Positions 30,912 to 40,218 of a DNA stretch of 64,000 bases are shown one piece after another (the first letter of the stretch is position 1; each line of letters opens with the position of its first letter). The position numbers and the translations under genes are program-made. Source of the stretch: Promethearchaeota archaeon (GTDB lineage Archaea; Asgardarchaeota; Lokiarchaeia; Sigyniarchaeales; SOKP01); the NCBI GenBank assembly GCA_019057795.1, contig JAHLWS010000056.1:1-64000 (forward strand). Reading direction: 5' to 3'. The notes under the pieces were generated by a model. The model ran no database searches, was not told the DNA's origin, and saw nothing but the letters and a program-made list of their open reading frames with translations.

Positions 30912-31235
30912 CACCTGAGATATATACCCACCTTTTTGTTCTATTTCTCGTCGCCAAGAAATAGGTGGGGCATCAAACTAAGCGGCCTACCTAAAACTCG
31001 TTCCAAATACTCATCGCTTTCATTTGGCCTTGCACCAAGGTTTTAGCTCGTTCCAACCGTTCCCGATTACAATTTCTCTGGCTTAAATCCAAGTCATTAA
31101 TGTACGTAAAAGGGCAGTGCCGTTTCAGTTGCTAAAATACGATTTTCACCGTAGTAGTTATCTACTCCTTGCTTGGAAAGTGAGGTGAGGTTCCTCAGCA
31201 GTTCAATGACTACCGTCAGCCCCATATTTCATGTG
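30912..31235 (-). ncRNA. rnpB: Archaeal RNase P RNA (type A-like)
   Basis: On the minus strand: P2 UGGGGC/GCCCCA; P4 GAGGAACCUCACC pairing with AACAAAAAGGUGGGU; GCAACUGAAAC; GGUGCAAGGCCAAAU; GGUAGGCCGCUUAG; P9 with GAAA loop; P19 with GCGA loop; P1 CACAUGAAAUAU/AUAUCUCAGGUG. Confidence 0.93.
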
Positions 31236-31441
31236 ATTTTCTTTTTTTCGCTTTTTACTTTCCAATTAATACATAGTTCCATAACTATTTATAATTTAAG
31301 GTTATCTTGCAACGGTGTTATTTACAAAATTAAAAATACTTTTGAATTTAAAGCTCAATCTATATATCACTGGGATTGTTTTTTATAGAGAATAAAAAAA
31401 AAGTTATTAATTATTTTATTTATTTGTTAGAATGTCTTGAA

Positions 31442-33626
31442 CTAGGATAGAGCAAGTAAGTTTCCAAGCAACCCAGCTCCGCCATTGAACATTAGAAGTA
31501 AACCCATGAAAATCGAAGCTGTCAACGACATCACTACTAACAGCGTGTTTATACTTGGTCCTGCGGTGTCCTTTCATCGATAATTGGTTTTCAATACCAA
31601 AGACCTTAAATGGGTCACCGACCGTATCTCCCGTTATACTAGCTTTATGTACTTCAGTCCCTTTTCCTCCAAGGTTACCGTCCTCTATCCATTTCTTTGC
31701 GTTATCCCATGCCCCACTTATGCTTTTTGCTCGAAATAAGCTATAATCTGCATTGGACATAAACACTGCAAACACAAATCCGGATAAGATAGCTCCAGCT
31801 AAGAATGCTACTAAGGAAGCTACGCCAAAAAGAATTCCAACACCAATAGGAACAGTTATAGAAATAATGCTTGGTATAATTAACTCACGTAGTGAGCCTT
31901 TTGTTGCAATATCAATTGTTTTATGGAAATCAGCGGGTTCTTCACCAGTTAATATTTTTGGATTTTCTTCAAATTGCCTACGAATTTCATCGACCATCTT
32001 CGCTGCGTTTCTTTGGACAGCTAAGACTAACAACGCTGAAAATAGCGCTGGGATAACAACTCCTATAAAGGCACCTACTAGAACATTGACGCTTAATAAA
32101 TCCACAACAGTAATACCAGCCTCTTCTGCAAAGGAAAACATTAAAGCCATGACGGTTAAGTTCGCAGCTCCAATTGCGAATCCCTTTGTAATTGCTTTGG
32201 CGGTGTTACCAGCAGAATCTAATTTATCAGCAGTTCTAATTACTTCATCACCTAATTCTCCTTGTTCTGCAATAGCTCTTGCATTGTCAACGATTGGGCC
32301 ATACGCATCATTTGTTACTATTGTTCCTACAATTGCTAACATTCCAACAGCAGCCATTGCTACACCAAATACACCAGCTAACCAAAATGCAATTGTCATA
32401 GCAAGTATAACTCCTATTGCAGGAGGAACTACACTTAGAAGTCCATATGAGAAACCAGAAAGAATTACAACTGCATGACCTTCTTTAGCAGCATGAGCTA
32501 TGTTTTGTACTGGTTTCCTATCATCCCGAGTAAAATAATCACTCGTAAAACCTAAAACTATACCAGATATAAGTCCAATCACTGATGTGCCCCATATTCG
32601 CCATAATAACCACATTTCATCGTCTCCTAATCCAATTGATAGGAAAATCGTTATTACAGCGGATAATGCAAAATAGATTAAAGTTGCTAAATAAGTTCCT
32701 GTGTTTAAAGCTTTTCCAGGTTCTTCAGAACCTTTATATTTTATTATGTATATTCCTATAAGCGAAGCAATTAGCCCTACGCCGCAAAAAACAACTGGAG
32801 CAACAATAAATACAGAGGTTCCTATAGTTGTTAATGTTACATTTGCGAAAGGTGCTTTAATAATACCTGCTACACCAAAGGCTGCTGCAAGCATCATTGC
32901 TGCAACAATGGATGCAACATAAGAATCGAATAGGTCACTGCCCATTCCAGCTATGTCACCAACATTATCACCTACATTATCAGCGATCGTTGCTGGATTT
33001 CTTGGATCATCTTCAGGTAGATTGTATTCAGCTTTTCCTACTAAATCAGCACCTACATCTGCTGTTTTCGTAAAAATTCCACCGCCACACTTCATAAATA
33101 AAGCTATACTACTGGCACCGAAGCTAAACCCTAACACAACAAGAGGAGACTGAAAAATCCAATAGATTATTGATACGCCTATTAAAGCAACTCCCACCAC
33201 GGCTAAACCCATTACTGCTCCTCCAAAAAATGCTACATCGAAACCGGCTTTTGTGCCCTTGGTACAACCTTGTGCTGCTCTCGTATTTGCTTTAACACCA
33301 ACATACATCCCTAACCAACCTGCGAGCATAGAACCCACACAACCAATTAAGTACGCTATCGCTTGTTCCCAATTTAATGTCCCAGGATTCGTCATATTAG
33401 GAAGTAAGAATAACATTACTAAAAAAAGTACTCCTACAAAGATTCCAAGAACTTTATATTGGACTTTTAAGTATGTTTTAGCCCCTTCTTCGATATATCC
33501 AGCGACTTCTTGCATTCTTTCGTTGCCAGGATCTTCTTTTAAAACTAAAGATCTAAAGTATACAGCAAGAACGATTGAAATTATCCCTGCGATTAGTGCA
33601 ACAATTAAAATTATTGGCACTGCCAT
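31442..33626 (-). CDS. hppA: Membrane-bound H+-translocating pyrophosphatase (K+-independent type); predicted spliced CDS complement(join(31442..31572,31607..31717,31748..33626)), 706 aa
   Basis: ADVGADLVGKAE, EDDPRN, DNVGDNVGD, GNTAKA (Lys indicates K+-independent). Removing the two inserts restores AGGAWDNAKK, GDTVGDPFKDTAGPS and a final TM helix ending in TAG at 31442-31444. Confidence 0.95.
31573..31606 (-). other. Putative BHB-type mRNA intron 2 (34 nt, frameshifting) in hppA
   Basis: Central helix CAUU/GAUG, bulges UA^A and AA^A, exon helix CGGUGACC/GGACACCG, intron helices GGU/AUC and UUGGU/ACCAA. Confidence 0.85.
31718..31747 (-). other. Putative BHB-type mRNA intron 1 (30 nt, in frame) in hppA
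   Basis: Central helix AUGC/GCAU, bulges AG^A and AA^G, exon helix AUGUCCA/UGG(G)GCAU, intron helices UU/AA and GCUU/GAGC. Confidence 0.85.
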
Positions 33627-33788
33627 TTTTATTCACTTTTTATTTTTTTTTATTTAAATTTTTATATTAAGATATAATTAATATTTATTCTATTAGCCTA
33701 ATTCCTATAAATTTTTTGAATTTTGTAAAATTATTGAACAAAAATGACGAAAGAATAGCAAAATTTCAAAAAGATTTAAAGAATACCT

Positions 33789-33956
33789 TTATTTAATGAG
33801 ATTCTTTTTATTTTTTCTTTTCATATACTCTGGTATATGAGTCTGCTCACATTTTCTACGGGAAGCCCAATTCTTCCAAGTTGACTCGAAAATCTCCTCT
33901 ACTTTATCGTCGTCAAGTTTGGATTTTTCTTTTTTCTTATTCTTATCATTTTTCAT
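33789..33956 (-). CDS. Small basic hypothetical protein (55 aa, not in the ORF track)
   Basis: MKNDKNKKKKKSKLDDDKVEEIFESTWKNWASRRKCEQTHIPEYMKRKNKKNLIK*; co-oriented between the NMO gene and hppA. Confidence 0.55.
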   Translation of the reverse strand: MKNDKNKKKEKSKLDDDKVEEIFESTWKNWASRRKCEQTHIPEYMKRKNKKNLIK

Positions 33957-33988
33957 GGCTTTAACCAACCTATAATTTAATCCCTATA

Positions 33989-34879
33989 CTAAAGGCGAAG
34001 TGTATTGAATTCGTCATTATTAAATCCCCAAGATTGTAATATATTCTCTGCATTTTTAATCATTTCCTCGATTAAGGTTTTCACAGGGATAATTTCATTA
34101 TGGTGTCCTATTGCGGTTGAAGGTGCCATAAAATTTTTTACATTGAAAGTGTATATTTTTTTATGAAATTGCTCGTCAAATACATCTAGATTTAGCCATT
34201 TTTCCTTAATTCTCTCTGGCACTGGACATTCTTTAGTAACCATTAAAGCCGTACCTAAGCACACCGCATCAGCACCCAATGCCAGAACACCTAAAAATCC
34301 TCTTGAATCTCCGATTCCTCCTGCTGCAATTATAGGAACTTTAAGCAATTTTTTTGCCATCGTTATGTTTACCAAAGTACTGTTTGTTAGGGGATTTTTG
34401 AATCCAGTTCCTTCTAAACCTACTATAGTAACGCCATCTGCACCCTCTTTTTCTGCTGAAATAGCATGCTTTACCAACACGCATTTATGAAACCATAAGC
34501 CACCTGCTTCGTGAACTCTTGTGCCGATGAACGAAGCTTTATATCCAGAAGTTGTAAAGATGGTACAGTTTTCATTGATTGCTATTTCCACATAATCTAA
34601 ATATCTTTTTCTGGTTCTATTATCTTCACCATTTTCTTTTAAGCTACGATGCGGCAAAGAAAGGTTTATTCCAAAAGGTTTGTCAGTTAATTTTCTCATT
34701 TTTTGTAAATCTTTCTTAAAATCTTCTGGATTTGGAAAGTTTAACGCAGCTATTATTCCTAACCCACCTGAGTTTGAAAAAGATGATGCAAATTCGGCTT
34801 TACCCCAGCCCCCAAAAGCTCCCATTACGAGGGGGTACCTAATTCCAAAGATTTGAGTTATTTTAGTCTTCCACTTCAT
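33989..34879 (-). CDS. Nitronate monooxygenase/FabK-like flavoprotein
   Basis: TDKPFGINL, IIAAGGIGD, ALGADAV. Confidence 0.9.
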   Translation of the reverse strand: MKWKTKITQIFGIRYPLVMGAFGGWGKAEFASSFSNSGGLGIIAALNFPNPEDFKKDLQKMRKLTDKPFGINLSLPHRSLKENGEDNRTRKRYLDYVEIAINENCTIFTTSGYKASFIGTRVHEAGGLWFHKCVLVKHAISAEKEGADGVTIVGLEGTGFKNPLTNSTLVNITMAKKLLKVPIIAAGGIGDSRGFLGVLALGADAVCLGTALMVTKECPVPERIKEKWLNLDVFDEQFHKKIYTFNVKNFMAPSTAIGHHNEIIPVKTLIEEMIKNAENILQSWGFNNDEFNTLRL

Positions 34880-34919
34880 TTTCTAATAAGATAAAAATTT
34901 AACCTCTTATCATTGATTT

Positions 34920-36451
34920 TTAGAATCCTGAATTTCTTTTAGGGAACCTAGTTCGAGTCATGGAATATTCGTGGAACATTTTGTCCAATAGTTTTAGTCT
35001 TAGCTCTTGATCTTTTTCCCATAAATTATTTAATTCTGCCTTGTCGTTCTTTCGATCGAAAAGGTCTCCGTACCCCGGCAACTCAGCATATTTAGTTAAT
35101 TTAAAATCTTTTGTTATTATATGAATTAGTCTCGTATATAAGGGTCCGCGCGGACCTACTTCTTCGTCTTCCGTGATTAGAATGGAATCTCGTAATTCTA
35201 TTGTAGGATCCTTCAAAACGGGCGTCATATCATAGCCTTGCATTCCCGGTGGTCTATATCTTTCCTTGATATTTAGTAACTCAAGAATAGTTTTAGGTAT
35301 ATCTACTGAACTGATTAACGCATCAGAAACTGCTGATTTAGTAACGCCAGGAACCCGCCAAATTAAAGGGACTTGCAAAGTTCCGTTAAAGGGAGAAATT
35401 CCTTTTAATATTAAACTGTGGTCTCCCATGTAATCTCCGTGATCTGATGTGAAAATCACCATCGTATTATCTGCTAATCCGAATTTTTCCAATGAAGCTA
35501 AAATTTGACCTACAGCGTGATCAATTAAAGAAACAGAACCGTAGCTGAGAGCAATAAACTTCCTTATATTTTCTTCTGTTTCTTCGTGTAATAATGATCC
35601 TCTTGCGGGGGGATGTTCTAAATGCTTTTTTAAATAAGGGTGTTTATATAAGTTCTTTATATTATGGAAATTCTCAGGAAGTACCATGGCTTCTGGTTTA
35701 TACATCTCTCTATACTTTCCAGGTGGTGAGACTGGTTGATGGGGATCTGGAAATGAACAATGCAAAAAGAAAGGTTTTTCTCCGTAAATACCATTAGAAT
35801 ACTTTTCTAAAAACGCTATGGTATTATTTTGAATGTATGTAGTATTATAAAGTTCTAAAGGAACCCAATTATCATAAAAAATCTCTTGTGTTGGTATTTT
35901 ATTTGAATACTCCTCTACAATTTTTTTCGCAATTTTAGGATCTCTTTCTTCTATCCACTCAAGATAGTGTCCCAAACATGCGTTACCATGTCCTACAACT
36001 AAATCGACTTCCTCAAACCCATAATAGGGGAGTGGAAAATTCTCATGTGCTAGATGATTACCTTTAGGGTTTCTCGTTTTCCAGTCTTGAAAATCCTCTG
36101 CCGATTGTATTTTTGGGTCGTATCTTGGCGTCCAAGTGTTGTAATGAGTTTTACCTATAGTAATAGTATGGTACCCTCTTTTTACAAGCGTTTGAGTTAT
36201 TGTGGCAGATCTTTTGGTAAATTTATACCGTTACTTCGCACGCCATGAACGTTAGGATAGTATCCAGTTAGCATCGTGGCTCTATTAGGCATACACATGG
36301 GACTTACACAGAAAGCGTTAGAAAACCTTATATTTTCTTTAGCAAACCTATCTAAATTGGGGGTTTTAACTATTTCATTGCCATAACAACCCAACATATC
36401 AGCACGCTGCTGATCTGTGATAATAAAAAGTACATTCATTTTTTTGCTCAT
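34920..36451 (-). pseudogene. Sulfatase-family hydrolase with a single frameshift near 36203
   Basis: TDQQRAD and CMPNR motifs. Adding 1 nt at DLP gives TITQTLVKRGYHTITIGKTH, continuing into SFPDPH and TSDHG. Confidence 0.85.
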
Positions 36452-36576
36452 AATAATATAAATCTCCTAAATAGTAATAAAAAGTAAATATTAACTTAGT
36501 TTAGAAAAACCAAAATCAGTAATAAAATTTTCAAATTTTTATTTAATTAGTAATAAATTAACAAAATGAAAGATAA

Positions 36577-37461
36577 TTACAAGTGAAAGTCACTAACCTT
36601 AGGTCGAGTTTCAATTTCGGGATAAATCTTTCCTACTATGGGCGGAGTACTATTATAAATTTCTTCAATCTCTATAACGCCAAACTTAATCCCTCTAAAT
36701 TTCTTAAAACCCGTAAACGTTCCTTTTACGACTTGATTATAAAAATCAAAATTCATTCCAAAAACAGCCACTTTTGAGTTAATGGGTATCTGGTATAAAT
36801 CTTCTTTTAAAACAGAAGGAGGAAACACTAATCTGTTGTGATCGGCCGCTTGAAGTTGGATACAAGGAATCATAGTTGGATAACCATCAGTGGGGTCTAT
36901 ATACGCAATTACTCTAACGGCGATTAAGTCCGCGAATAATTTGTGTCCAAGAACATTTAAACGCTTTTCTTCGAGTTTTGTTTTCGCTCCGCCTTTCCCA
37001 ATCATATCTTTAATTATTCCTTTTACGACACCAAACAAGGGTAAATTTCTAACAGGCGTCACAGCTACTATGTTATTGTAGTACGCTGTATGAACTCTTA
37101 CATAAGTAAAGTAGCGCATCAATTGCGACTGGTTAAAATGCTCTAAATCTTCTCCTTCACTGGTAGTATGAGTAAAATCTGCTTTAGCTTGGAGAAATTT
37201 AAATGGCATTTCAGCAGTCATAAAAAAGATTCCTTGTTTTGGTCTCTTTTTAACGTATTTCTTTGACGTACCTTCAGTAAAAGCCCCCCACACTATTTGT
37301 TTTTTATTAATAGCCCGATTACTCGAAATTAGAGTTATGTGGGGCCAACCTCGATCGTCTATAGTAGATATTAACTTCAACATAATATCTGGTTGCGTAA
37401 ATTCTATTCCTTCCTCTGATATTTCGGACGACCACCTAACTATATTATTTTTCTTACCCAT
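36577..37461 (-). CDS. Tandem pyridoxamine-5'-phosphate-oxidase-like (split barrel) protein
   Basis: Two repeats: STIDDRGWPHIT and AYIDPTDGYPTM. Confidence 0.7.
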   Translation of the reverse strand: MGKKNNIVRWSSEISEEGIEFTQPDIMLKLISTIDDRGWPHITLISSNRAINKKQIVWGAFTEGTSKKYVKKRPKQGIFFMTAEMPFKFLQAKADFTHTTSEGEDLEHFNQSQLMRYFTYVRVHTAYYNNIVAVTPVRNLPLFGVVKGIIKDMIGKGGAKTKLEEKRLNVLGHKLFADLIAVRVIAYIDPTDGYPTMIPCIQLQAADHNRLVFPPSVLKEDLYQIPINSKVAVFGMNFDFYNQVVKGTFTGFKKFRGIKFGVIEIEEIYNSTPPIVGKIYPEIETRPKVSDFHL

Positions 37462-37864
37462 TTTGTTTCAAATTTTAAAATGTTATCTTAAATTAAAATA
37501 TTTCTTCCTTAATTTTAATTTAGCAGTAAACAAAGTAGAATTAATAGTGATGCAAAAAAGAGTAAAAATCACTATGTTGGATATAAATAGAGAGAAAAAA
37601 AGAGTGAGAGCGAAAAAAGCTTTAACGGCTTATAAACCCCAGCTACCTGATTTAATAATGGAATCAAATACATTTGAGCCCTCAAGATACTTAATTTTTC
37701 GATTTATTTTGCCCTATCTTGCATGAGACTTTGGATTTCTAATCTTTGAAAATAAAATATATCAGAACCAATAAAACATATTCCGATATAGTAATAGGAA
37801 AAATAAAATCTCAATTTAAAAATTTATAGATGATTTTATATTTTAATTAAAACATTATGTTATT

Positions 37865-38260
37865 ATGGATAAAGATATTAAACAATCAATTGAGGAATTT
37901 TTAGAATTAATAAAATAGGAAAAAATTTATCCCAGAATTGAATTTATCGTATTGTATGGTTCTTCTTTGAGTGATTATTTTTATAAAGATAGTGATATTG
38001 ATATTTGTATATATATCGAAGATGAAAAAAAGGAATTGGCTAAAATACGCTTAAATTTATTGAAAAAATTAGATGAGAAATTTGATATTCAAATATTTCA
38101 ATTACTTCCTATTTATGTCCAAGTTGAAATACTTAAAGGTAAATTTCTTTATATGAGGGATGAATTTAAGGTATACAAAATTGCGAATGATATTATTGAA
38201 GAATTTGAAGCTTTTTATCCCTTTTACTTAGATTATATTAATGAGGGAAAGAAGAGTTAA
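37865..38260 (+). pseudogene. Minimal nucleotidyltransferase (MNT) with an internal TAG
   Basis: ATG at 37865, TAG at 37916-37918, then LYGS...SDIDI; no HEPN partner downstream. Confidence 0.75.
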
Positions 38261-38276
38261 TACGAATTTAAGTTTA

Positions 38277-38372
38277 TTAAGCTTCTTTTTTAGTTAAGCT
38301 TGACCACCGAACTTCCTTTACTCCGGTCTTCAATGCAATATTATTAAGTTTCTCTACTTCTTCTTTACTCAT
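38277..38372 (-). pseudogene. Relic C-terminus of a glycyl-radical activase paralogue
   Basis: MSKEEVEKLNNIALKTGVKEVRWSSLTKKEA* compared with the activase tail MTKDEMDDFVELAKKIGVKNAQWSGLTKKEV. Confidence 0.7.
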
Positions 38373-38380
38373 CAAAGCTA

Positions 38381-39205
38381 TTAATTCAAATGTTTCTTTA
38401 AAAAGTTCCACATGATTTCATTAGTTTTTTCTGGTGCTTCAATAATGAACGCATGTCCAATGCCCTCAAGCACTTCGAAAGTTGAGTTTGGAATTTTTTG
38501 ATGCATAAATTCTGATTCTCTCAGATTATCTTTATCTCTGGATCCTACTATTATCAAAGTTGGCTGTGTAATTTTATGTAATATCTCTCGTGTATCATAA
38601 CCCTTCATTGCTGTCCATTGGTTGACATAATCTTGATACCGGGGAGGGTCCTTTACGTGAGCAAGTAAACCCATATCATTTTTATATAATTCAAATAATT
38701 CTTTGTCTGTCTTCAATTTTTTTCTAAAAGAGGGTGAGAACATATTACGAATCGCTATTTGGATTATCTCTTCTGGAGTAGCGTTCTTAAAAAATTGATC
38801 AAGTAATTTAAGTTGTTGATCGAATTCAACAGGAGGCATATAAGTAGCAGTTCCAAATAGCATTAAGCTTTTAACTAAATGGGGATATTTTAAGGCGAAA
38901 GATTGAGCAATAGCACCTCCATTACTAAAACCACATATATGGATCGGTTCTTGAATGTTTAGATACTTCAGTAAATCCTTAGTATCCTCCACGAAAGTGT
39001 CCACCGTATAAGGGTCATCTGGTCTTGAACTTTTTCCTACTCCTCGATTATCTAATGCAATAACGGTCATTTTTTGTCTAAAAAATGGTATCTGGAAGTT
39101 CCAACTTTCTAATTTACAACAGTATCCGTTGAATAATATGAGAGGTTCTCCTTCTCCTTCCTTTATGTAATTAATTTTGATGTTTCCTTTCTCAAATATT
39201 GGAAT
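38381..39205 (-). CDS. Alpha/beta hydrolase (start probably ATT at 39205)
   Basis: DNRGVGKS, GFSNGG nucleophile elbow, GH. The frame stays open upstream as (I)PIFEKGNIKINYIKEGEGEPLILFNG, after SD-like GAAGGTGGT. Confidence 0.88.
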   Translation of the reverse strand: MPIFEKGNIKINYIKEGEGEPLILFNGYCCKLESWNFQIPFFRQKMTVIALDNRGVGKSSRPDDPYTVDTFVEDTKDLLKYLNIQEPIHICGFSNGGAIAQSFALKYPHLVKSLMLFGTATYMPPVEFDQQLKLLDQFFKNATPEEIIQIAIRNMFSPSFRKKLKTDKELFELYKNDMGLLAHVKDPPRYQDYVNQWTAMKGYDTREILHKITQPTLIIVGSRDKDNLRESEFMHQKIPNSTFEVLEGIGHAFIIEAPEKTNEIMWNFLKKHLN

Positions 39206-39252
39206 TTAAAACCACCTTCACAATCTTTAATAAAATAATTAAGGAAAAATAT

Positions 39253-40218
39253 TTAACATTTTGGTCTGAAAACTTCTTTTTTTGTTAATCCAGACCACTG
39301 AGCGTTTTTAACGCCAATTTTCTTAGCAAGTTCAACAAAATCATCCATTTCGTCTTTTGTCATAAGCTGAAAGTCCTTTAGGGGCCAATCCATATCTAAT
39401 CTTTCGTACTTTGCAGTACACAAGTTATTGAAACTTAATAAATCCCATCTTTCGGGAATGTTATGTAATTTATTTGCAATAAATTCTCCAATACCCTTAA
39501 TATTTTCTTCTGTGGCGGTATAATTTGGGATAATTGGCGTTCGAACCCAAAGCTTTTTACCGTTATTTTTTACATAATTCGAAATCCAAATAGCATTTTC
39601 TAAAACGAGGTCGTTTGGAACTCCAGTAAATTCTTCATGCTTGTCAGAATTAATCTCTTTTATATCTAGAAGGACTAAGTCAACATGAGGAAGTAATTTT
39701 TCGTAAATTTTCTTGGAAGCGTATCCACACGTATCTAAAGCCGTTGATATCCCGTTTTCTTTGCATTTTTTCAAAAAATCTAAGATAAAATCTGATTGGA
39801 GCGTTGGTTCGCCGCCTGAAACCGTTATTCCGCCATGAGATTGTGTGTAGTAGACTTTATCTTTTTGTATTTCGTAATATAAATCCTCTAAAAGCCATAA
39901 CTCTCCAAACATATGTAAAGCAGTGCTGGGGCATTCTTTTGAGCAATCTCCACAACTATTGCACTTTTCTCTATCAATATGCATCCCATCCTCATCGAGA
40001 AATAATGCCCCTTGCTGACATGTTTCAATACAGATTTTACATCCGATGCATTTATGTTTAAACCATTCCAATTGCGGCTTTTTTAGAATTGATTCGGGAT
40101 TATGACACCAGATACATTTTAATGGACATTGTTTAAAGAAAACCGTTGTTCTAATACCGGGGCCATCTTCGGTACTCATTTTTTGTATCTGGAAAATTAG
40201 GGCTTCAGATTCTGCCAT
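39253..40218 (-). CDS. Glycyl-radical enzyme activase (radical SAM with ferredoxin insert)
   Basis: DGPGIRTTVF, CPLKCIWCHNPE, two CxxCxxCxxxC motifs, SGGEP. Confidence 0.95.
   Translation of the reverse strand: MAESEALIFQIQKMSTEDGPGIRTTVFFKQCPLKCIWCHNPESILKKPQLEWFKHKCIGCKICIETCQQGALFLDEDGMHIDREKCNSCGDCSKECPSTALHMFGELWLLEDLYYEIQKDKVYYTQSHGGITVSGGEPTLQSDFILDFLKKCKENGISTALDTCGYASKKIYEKLLPHVDLVLLDIKEINSDKHEEFTGVPNDLVLENAIWISNYVKNNGKKLWVRTPIIPNYTATEENIKGIGEFIANKLHNIPERWDLLSFNNLCTAKYERLDMDWPLKDFQLMTKDEMDDFVELAKKIGVKNAQWSGLTKKEVFRPKC

Noticed and set aside
31173-31388. 71-aa plus-strand ORF
   Set aside because: It overlaps the RNase P RNA 5' end and its upstream region.
31416-31606. C-terminus of the 736-aa hppA ORF in the track (VFGIENQ...ILTNK)
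   Set aside because: It is read-through of the 34-nt insert into the wrong frame; the conserved DTAGPS and last TM helix are in another frame.
31573-31747. hppA inserts as spliceosomal introns, MITEs or tandem duplications
   Set aside because: Insert 2 can be slid to GT...AG within its AAGG repeat, but insert 1 cannot and archaea lack a spliceosome. The inserts are unrelated to each other and to the flanks, and insert 1 has no target duplication. BHB geometry explains both.
31555-33657. Plus-strand ORFs antisense to hppA, and similar shadow ORFs across the window (e.g. 8021-8377, 53734-54096, 61881-62255)
   Set aside because: They are antisense or alternate-frame shadows of well-supported genes and show no motifs.
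37337-37800. 129-aa plus-strand ORF or a degraded minus-strand membrane gene
   Set aside because: It overlaps a real gene, has low complexity, and the opposite strand has stops; nothing assignable.
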